A stretch of DNA of 64,000 bases from Ignavibacteriota bacterium (GTDB lineage Bacteria; Bacteroidota; Ignavibacteria; UBA10030; BY39). Position 1 is the stretch's first letter, and every line of letters begins with the position of its first letter. The translations under genes were made by a program, and so were the position numbers. The notes below the pieces were generated by a model. It did not search any database, was not told the DNA's origin, and saw only the letters and a list, made by a program, of their open reading frames with translations. The stretch is taken from assembly GCA_003327435.1 (NCBI GenBank), contig QOQV01000004.1, positions 1,037 to 65,036 of the forward strand, read 5' to 3'. This document shows, piece by piece, positions 56,333 to 64,000 of this stretch.

Positions 56333-58750
56333 TTACCTCCTATATGGAATTATAGTTAATTTTTTCATGTTCGCATTTTCTCCTGCAGCAATATAAGTTT
56401 CCCTGTATTGTCCATTTAACGAGAGAGATACTTGATCATCATAGTTTTGATGCAAAGCATGGCCCGATTGTCCACCTGCTAAAACACTATACCTCCTTAC
56501 GGGTAAATACATATCAACGATATATCTCATAGAAGGTCCAACAAGAGCTTCAAAGGGTTTAGTAAAATCAATTTCACTATTATTAATTGTGCTGCTGGAG
56601 CCACCAAGTTTATAAGGACCAAGATTAAAAACAGAGTTTAGTGGTTGAATTTTACCAAGTGGATGTTTTAATGTAAGTTGATGTAAATTCCCCCACTGCC
56701 AATTTTTTATTTCCGTGCCATACTTTAATTTCAATTCCTGAATCGCATCTAAAAAACTTTTTTTAATAATCCATCTCTTTGTTTCGATTGTATCAGTTTC
56801 AATATTATCAAACCAGTTTGATTCGCTTTCTATTAATTTATCCATTGTATTTATTGGAAAAGCAGGAAAGTAAACATATTCATAGTATAATTCATCTCCA
56901 AGTTCATCATGGAATGTATTAAAAAGTAATTTAACAAAAAACATGTTAAAAATTGATGTGGCTGCATCATACTGAGTGTTTTTATAATCCCAATTTTTTA
57001 AATATTCCAGTGCCTGAGTTGCAAGAGGATCTATTGAATTTTCTTCTAAAAATATATTTAGAATTATTTTATTATACTTCTGACCATGAAGCGATAACAA
57101 ATCCATTTGCATTTGTTTGAAATCCTCAACAGAGAATAGAGGCTCAATATTTAATAACTGAGTAATTCTCTCAATTCGATAACCTGGCATATAGAGGTTT
57201 GTAATGTAGTAATTGGGATGAGAGACAATTTTATTGTTCGCTGATGCAATAAAATGCTCAGCTGGATTCCATAATTCAGGTAAATTTTCGAAGGATATAA
57301 AACCTGACCAATCACAATCGATGTTTGAAGCTAACACTGGAAGAGTTGGATTATAATTTTTTCTTATAGGAATTTTTGCAGCCAACCGATATCCAATGTT
57401 TCCTTCAACATCCGCAAAGATAAAATTTTGTCCAGGTACCCCAAAATATTTTAGAGCATCAACAAAATCATTCTTTGATTTTGCCTTATTAAGCATATAA
57501 AATGTACATGTTTCCAAAGTAGGTTCGAAACCAACCCATTTTAGCGAAACCAACAAAGAATCAAATTCATCTGCCTGGCAAATTGATGAATGTATCGAAT
57601 TTATAACCGGTCCATAATGCGTTTTCTTAACTTGAAAAATTACACTGTCACTTTTGCCTATCTTAATAATTTCTTCTTTCGTAAAAATAGGCATCAACTT
57701 TTTATTGTGAACATATTTAGTTGTATCATTTGTATCGATGTGATTAATAAAAAAATCTACTTCATCAATCATAGCATTGGTGAGACCCCAGGCAATCCTA
57801 TTATTATGTCCAATAATTATAAAGGGTGTACCCGGGAAACAAAAACCACCTGTAGCGAATTCATCTGTGGAAATATTTATCTCATACCAGTGTGATGGTA
57901 TAGGAAGAGTTAAGTGTGGATCATTAGCTAATATAGGTTTCCCACTTGATGATTTTGTTCCATCCACAACCCAACAATTACTTCCAGATCCTGAACCTTC
58001 GAAACCAATAAACTCCCTATGAGCTCTAATTAAATTTAAAAATGAAGATAAAGATTTAGAAACCTTTGATACCGGAATGCTACTTTTTATAATTGTCGGC
58101 GCATTATCTGGGTATTCTGTAAAAATTTCCTGTGTTTTTTGAATTCCCAACTTATCTTGAATTTTCCATCTCACAATTTCTGTCCACCATGAAAAATTTA
58201 AATACCAAGCCATCAATCTTGAAATAAGCAATGAATGTTCCACTTCCCAAATTTCTGGTTCATAATTTAATATATCAAATTCAACCGGATACCGACCTTT
58301 ATTTTCCTTTATATAAGCATTCACTCCTTCAGAATATGTAACTAATGCATTTTGAACATCTGCAGGCAGTATTTTTTGTATTTCCTTCGTAGCAGTTTTA
58401 ATATCGAGTGTTCTGAAAAGAAAATCATATTCAAGTGCATCTCTGCCAAATATCTCAGATAACCGCCCCAGCATTGTTCTTCTATAAAGATCCATTTGCC
58501 ATAATCGATCCTGAGCTTGAATATATCCAACAGCAAACCATAAATCACCTTCGTTCTTTGCATATATTGTTGGAACGCCAAAATTATCTCGATAAATTTT
58601 AACTTCTTCTTTCACCTTATCAGATTTTTTTTCTCCGCTATAATCAGGGAAGGATTTTATAATTTGAAAACGCAGGAAGAAAAAAATTGCAATTAAAAAT
58701 ATTAATAAGGTTAAGGATAAGCCAATGACTAATTTTAGAGGTTTCGACAT
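56333..58750 (-). CDS. Penicillin amidase family Ntn-hydrolase (penicillin/AHL-acylase-like).
   Basis: 805-aa ORF with an N-terminal signal/anchor and penicillin-acylase family conservation, including a Ser-nucleophile region (GSGSGSNCW). It lies 1 bp from the Sir2 gene. Confidence 0.7.
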   Translation of the reverse strand: MSKPLKLVIGLSLTLLIFLIAIFFFLRFQIIKSFPDYSGEKKSDKVKEEVKIYRDNFGVPTIYAKNEGDLWFAVGYIQAQDRLWQMDLYRRTMLGRLSEIFGRDALEYDFLFRTLDIKTATKEIQKILPADVQNALVTYSEGVNAYIKENKGRYPVEFDILNYEPEIWEVEHSLLISRLMAWYLNFSWWTEIVRWKIQDKLGIQKTQEIFTEYPDNAPTIIKSSIPVSKVSKSLSSFLNLIRAHREFIGFEGSGSGSNCWVVDGTKSSSGKPILANDPHLTLPIPSHWYEINISTDEFATGGFCFPGTPFIIIGHNNRIAWGLTNAMIDEVDFFINHIDTNDTTKYVHNKKLMPIFTKEEIIKIGKSDSVIFQVKKTHYGPVINSIHSSICQADEFDSLLVSLKWVGFEPTLETCTFYMLNKAKSKNDFVDALKYFGVPGQNFIFADVEGNIGYRLAAKIPIRKNYNPTLPVLASNIDCDWSGFISFENLPELWNPAEHFIASANNKIVSHPNYYITNLYMPGYRIERITQLLNIEPLFSVEDFKQMQMDLLSLHGQKYNKIILNIFLEENSIDPLATQALEYLKNWDYKNTQYDAATSIFNMFFVKLLFNTFHDELGDELYYEYVYFPAFPINTMDKLIESESNWFDNIETDTIETKRWIIKKSFLDAIQELKLKYGTEIKNWQWGNLHQLTLKHPLGKIQPLNSVFNLGPYKLGGSSSTINNSEIDFTKPFEALVGPSMRYIVDMYLPVRRYSVLAGGQSGHALHQNYDDQVSLSLNGQYRETYIAAGENANMKKLTIIPYRR

Positions 58751-58771
58751 ATTCAGTTTAATTTTAAGATA

Positions 58772-60664
58772 CTAATCCATCAAAAAGAAATCATCGTTTT
58801 CAACATTTTTCATTTTCTGGATGATTTCAGAATGTGTTTTCAGATATTTGTTCAAATCTTCATTTCTTTTTTGTGCTTCTTTCATTAAAAACTGATTTTG
58901 CTCCAGTTTCTTTTGCAATTCATTTTTAAATATTTTTTTTATACAATCCTTTGCAATTTTTATAGCATCACCATAAGAAATCTCCTGTCCAATTTCTTCC
59001 CATCGTTTACTTATCTCATATCTGTTAAATATAATTCTATTTAAAAACTGCTGTAATTCGGTTTTTTCTGGTATATCCTCATTAATGATAAAATCATAGA
59101 CAGATGAAGGTTCTACTTTAATGTTATTGTTTCGCATTAGTATTAAATAATTTGCAATTAAAGAAATATATTTGTGTGAAAAATTCTCTGGAGATATAAA
59201 CTTAAAAACAAAATCTATTACATCATCCCCACCTTCCAACATTGTGAGTAGCAGATCCTTTTCAGCAACGGGAATTTCATTAACTTCAACAATTTTGTTT
59301 GATTGAAATATTTTTTCCATATCATTTTTTACATAGTCAATCGCTCTTGTCGTCTCTCTTTGCTTTTCCTTACTTAAGAGTTTATCCATTTCGCCAAACA
59401 AAATAGATTCATATATTCCGTATCTTTCTGCTATGTGTTTGATATAAAAATTTCGCTTTATAGGATCTTTTACTTTAGCAAGGGTCTGAATAATTATACG
59501 TACAACTTTAGTTTGACCCTCTGGTGTCTTCATATGCCCTTCAGATTCAAGTGCATCAATCATAAAATCGACAAAGATTATAGAATTCCTCAGAAGGTTA
59601 TCAAACTTATCCTTTCCATATTTGTCGATATAAGAATCAGGGTCTTCGCCCTGAGGAAGAGGAGCTATTCTCACATCCAGATCATTTTCGAGTATGAGAT
59701 CAATACCTCTAAGTGTTGCCCTTATACCAGCCGAATCTGCATCATATAGGACTATAATATTCTTGGTATATCTTCCAATTAACTTAATCTGTTCTATTGT
59801 TAGAGCAGTACCACTTGAAGCAACTACATTCTTAAATCCTGCTTGATATGCTTTCATTAAATCTGCATAACCCTCAACAAGTATAACCGAATCTTTTTCT
59901 CTTATGGATTCCTTTGCAAAATTTAACCCATATAAAATCTTACTTTTATTGTAAATCGGTGTTTCAGGAGAATTTATATACTTACCCAACAAATCTTCTT
60001 CAAACAACTTTCTTGCACCGAAACCAATTACTTTTCCGGAAATAGAAAAGATTGGAAACATTATCCTACCACGGAAAGTGTCATAATAACTTCCATCGTT
60101 TTGTTTTCTTATCAGACCAGCCTTCTCAAGTATCTCAACAGGAATTTTTTGTTCCAATGAATATTTGTAAAACGAATCCCATTTGTTTAAAGAATAACCC
60201 AATCCAAATGTTTTTATTGTTTCCAACTTGAAACCTCTTTTGAAAAGATACTCGAGGGCATATTTCCCTTCATCTGTGTCGTGCAAATTTTTATAATAAA
60301 ATGTTGCAGCAAATTTAAGTACCTCATAAAGTTCCTCTTGCTCTTTTGCCTTATTGTCTATTTCATAGGAATACTCAGGAATTTTAATTCCAGTTCTTTC
60401 TGCTAACATTTTGACTGCATCAATAAAGGATATTTTTTCTGTCTCCATTAAAAATGTAAAAACATTACCACTTGCACCGCAACCAAAACAATGATACATT
60501 TGCCGGTCAGGAGAAACATAAAAAGAAGGTGTTTTCTCATTGTGGAAAGGACAAAGTGCTACATAATTTTTGCCTCTTTTCTTAAGTTTTAAGTATGAGG
60601 AAATTAAATCTACAATATCGACTGTATTTCTTATTTCTTCTATTTTTTCTGGTGGTAAACGCAA
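58772..60664 (-). CDS. dnaG: DNA primase DnaG.
   Basis: 630-aa ORF with a CHC2 zinc finger (CPFHNEKTPSFYV...HCFGCG), a Toprim domain (ILVEGYADLM; DADSAG) and a C-terminal helical domain. Confidence 0.85.
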   Translation of the reverse strand: MRLPPEKIEEIRNTVDIVDLISSYLKLKKRGKNYVALCPFHNEKTPSFYVSPDRQMYHCFGCGASGNVFTFLMETEKISFIDAVKMLAERTGIKIPEYSYEIDNKAKEQEELYEVLKFAATFYYKNLHDTDEGKYALEYLFKRGFKLETIKTFGLGYSLNKWDSFYKYSLEQKIPVEILEKAGLIRKQNDGSYYDTFRGRIMFPIFSISGKVIGFGARKLFEEDLLGKYINSPETPIYNKSKILYGLNFAKESIREKDSVILVEGYADLMKAYQAGFKNVVASSGTALTIEQIKLIGRYTKNIIVLYDADSAGIRATLRGIDLILENDLDVRIAPLPQGEDPDSYIDKYGKDKFDNLLRNSIIFVDFMIDALESEGHMKTPEGQTKVVRIIIQTLAKVKDPIKRNFYIKHIAERYGIYESILFGEMDKLLSKEKQRETTRAIDYVKNDMEKIFQSNKIVEVNEIPVAEKDLLLTMLEGGDDVIDFVFKFISPENFSHKYISLIANYLILMRNNNIKVEPSSVYDFIINEDIPEKTELQQFLNRIIFNRYEISKRWEEIGQEISYGDAIKIAKDCIKKIFKNELQKKLEQNQFLMKEAQKRNEDLNKYLKTHSEIIQKMKNVENDDFFLMD

Positions 60665-60838
60665 TTGGTTTTTTATTTAAAATTTAATCAAAATGTGTTT
60701 CGTATGCAAAATTTGTTAAATACATAAAAAAATCTTAATTTTAAACAGGTTTTTAATCAAAGGAGGACTTAACATTACGATACAAATGTTAATGTTCCTT
60801 AAAAAATCACATCATAAAACAAATTCTTTAAATAATAA

Positions 60839-62191
<1,353 letters not shown>

Positions 62192-62200
62192 AAAACTTTA

Positions 62201-62228
62201 CTGCCTCCTGTTAGTTATCAGGAGGCAG
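62201..62228. terminator. Hairpin terminator between the convergent gdhA and the T9SS-cargo gene.
   Basis: Perfect 10-bp stem CTGCCTCCTG / CAGGAGGCAG with an 8-nt loop. The minus-strand reading is followed by AAAGTTTTT. Confidence 0.6.
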
Positions 62229-62243
62229 CATCTAAATAATCAT

Positions 62244-64000
62244 CTATTTTATTAACAATAACCTGGACGACTTAATTATTTGTTTCGACTTAAGCATGCA
62301 GAGATAAATCCCACTTGAAACAGCTTTCCCATTTTCATTTTTACCATCCCAAATAACTGAATGATAACCAGATTCCAATGTACCACTGACAAGAGTTCTC
62401 ACTTCATTACCCAAGATATCATATATTTTTAAAATCACTTCAGTTCTTTCTGGCAACTCTAAACGAATTGTTGTGGTTGGATTAAACGGATTTGGATAAT
62501 TTTGCCTTAACGCCAACTCTGTTGGAAGTTCCTTATTTTCTTTTACATCTGTTAAATCAATTATGAAATGGTAAACATCTGACCAGGGACTTACTCCACC
62601 ATCATTATTTGTCCGCACTCTCCAGTAGTAATCAACATTTGGATTAAGTGCACCGCTTTCAACTAAATATGAAGCAGCATTTGAAAACTGTGACAAAACG
62701 ATTGTATTAAATAATGAGTCTGTTGCTACCTGAACCGAATAATTTGTTGCTGTAACCAAACTATCCCAAACCAATAGCGGTGTTAATGTATTTACAATTG
62801 AGTTGTTTGCAGGAGATTGAAGATTTGGTGCAGATGTGGTTGATTTATACATCTGCAGGATTTCCTGATCAGAAAATGACTTATTAAATATTTTTACTTC
62901 ATCAATCATTCCATTAAAGAATTCCTGGAAATTTCCCAATGAATATTGTCTGCATCCAATACTCATTAAACTGTTTGAGTTAGATGGGTAATTGATGGTT
63001 AGTACTCCTGCTTGCATACCATTTTGATAAAATTTTAGCTGGTCAGCAGATTTTGAAATTGTAACAAAAGCCCATTCACCTGGTGAATAATTAATAATTT
63101 CCTCAGAACTAAAATCTCTGAAAGCATTATCACTATAAAGAAAATAATTAATTCTGATGCCATTACCCCAAACAGGATGAGAACCGAAACCAAGTCCCCA
63201 GATATTATCATTTTCATCATAACCTGCAGAAACAATTCTTGAAGTACCCACCACAGATACATTTACCCAGGCACTCATTGTAAAATCTCCAAATCCAAAA
63301 TCATAAAGAGAATTTTGTGGGACTTGTATTCTGCTATCCGAACCGTTAAAGTAGTAAGCAGCATCCTGATTTGCATATCTGTCGGTTGTTAATAAAGCAT
63401 TGACAGCGCTGCCATTATTATGAAAAACACTTTCATCATTTGCACTACCATTGAATGGGAAATATGCAATTAAGCTGTCGGGAATATTTCTCACTAACTT
63501 TATCTGATTAGTTGTGCTGCTGATTCCAACCAAATCAACGCTTCCGTTGTTATCAAAATCCCCAGCCGCCAATCCGTTAAGACCAGGTATAGGATCACTA
63601 AGATACCATTCATAATTAGGATGATCATTGTTTTTTGCAATACCGATATTAAAGTCACTGAAATGATTAAAGGCGACAACAAAATCCTGATCACCATCTC
63701 CATCAAAATCACTAACGACAGGATTACGTGTTTGACCGCCAACATTACCAAGATTTAGATAATCATTATAATTACCCTGTCCGTCATTTAGAATTAAACT
63801 TATTCCGTTCATATACCACGAGCAGTGAACAAAGTCTAAATCATAATCACCATCAAAGTCTCCACCAGCAAGTTCATCAGGATATGGTCCAAGATTTATT
63901 CCACCCGTAAATGTAAAATTTCCGTTTCCATCGTTTACAAGGATTTTAAAAACTCCCCAGTAATCACTTGTACCACCGATAATATCAAGATCGCCGTCAT
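62244..64000 (-). CDS. Secreted FG-GAP/VCBS-repeat and LamG (concanavalin-like) domain protein with a C-terminal T9SS (Por) sorting domain. Partial: the N-terminus lies beyond the window end.
   Basis: The reading frame stays open past the track start at 63812 through to the window end (..DGDLDIIGGTSDYWGV..GGDFDGDYDLDFV..), so the true start is outside the window. The last ~80 aa (KIYDILGNEVRTLVSGTLESGYHSVIWDGKNENGKAVSSGIYLCMLKS) match the T9SS type A C-terminal sorting domain pattern. Confidence 0.65.
   Translation of the reverse strand, partial: DGDLDIIGGTSDYWGVFKILVNDGNGNFTFTGGINLGPYPDELAGGDFDGDYDLDFVHCSWYMNGISLILNDGQGNYNDYLNLGNVGGQTRNPVVSDFDGDGDQDFVVAFNHFSDFNIGIAKNNDHPNYEWYLSDPIPGLNGLAAGDFDNNGSVDLVGISSTTNQIKLVRNIPDSLIAYFPFNGSANDESVFHNNGSAVNALLTTDRYANQDAAYYFNGSDSRIQVPQNSLYDFGFGDFTMSAWVNVSVVGTSRIVSAGYDENDNIWGLGFGSHPVWGNGIRINYFLYSDNAFRDFSSEEIINYSPGEWAFVTISKSADQLKFYQNGMQAGVLTINYPSNSNSLMSIGCRQYSLGNFQEFFNGMIDEVKIFNKSFSDQEILQMYKSTTSAPNLQSPANNSIVNTLTPLLVWDSLVTATNYSVQVATDSLFNTIVLSQFSNAASYLVESGALNPNVDYYWRVRTNNDGGVSPWSDVYHFIIDLTDVKENKELPTELALRQNYPNPFNPTTTIRLELPERTEVILKIYDILGNEVRTLVSGTLESGYHSVIWDGKNENGKAVSSGIYLCMLKSKQIIKSSRLLLIK

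Overview
This 64 kb window is AT-rich (about 35% GC by eye) and densely coding, mostly on the minus strand. A Type IV pilus operon together with a C-terminal type IX secretion sorting domain on the last gene suggests a Bacteroidota/Ignavibacteriota-like genome. The content in order:

- **1..10.5 kb:** a YgeW / YgeY / PLP enzyme / SsnA / YgfK / three-subunit molybdenum hydroxylase operon. This is the gene set known from the selenium-dependent molybdenum hydroxylase purine-catabolism neighbourhoods.
- **10.55..12.6 kb:** a decayed stretch holding a YafJ-like class II glutamine amidotransferase pseudogene (two frameshifts plus an in-frame TAA) and a start-less YbjQ-like remnant.
- **12.6..20.3 kb:** a very AT-rich Type I restriction-modification operon, hsdM-hsdS-hsdR plus a DUF45/YgjP metallopeptidase gene. 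The HsdM is an unusually long form, 851 aa.
- **21.65 kb:** tRNA-Arg(TCT).
- **21.7..26.5 kb:** an AmmeMemoRadiSam module (Memo-AMMECR1 fusion, radical SAM enzyme) with a polytopic membrane protein carrying a spermidine-synthase-like domain between them.
- **29.5..31.5 kb:** a candidate Type II restriction-modification pair.
- **31.5..37.9 kb:** housekeeping genes fbaB, smpB, tyrS, pdaD, hemL.
- **38..51.4 kb:** a compact Type IV pilus operon ending in two tandem paralogous pilin-like genes. All five pilin-like proteins in it lack the canonical G|FTLIE prepilin motif, and no prepilin peptidase gene is present.
- **51.7..54.1 kb:** a divergent GT-C-type membrane glycosyltransferase with TPR repeats.
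- **54.2..64 kb:** pyk, a Sir2 deacylase, a penicillin/AHL-acylase family protein, dnaG, gdhA, and a partial FG-GAP/LamG protein with a T9SS sorting domain.

No CRISPR array, transposase or integrase was recognised. The most interesting candidates are the non-canonical pilus system with its possible pilin glycosyltransferase, and the variant AmmeMemoRadiSam cluster.
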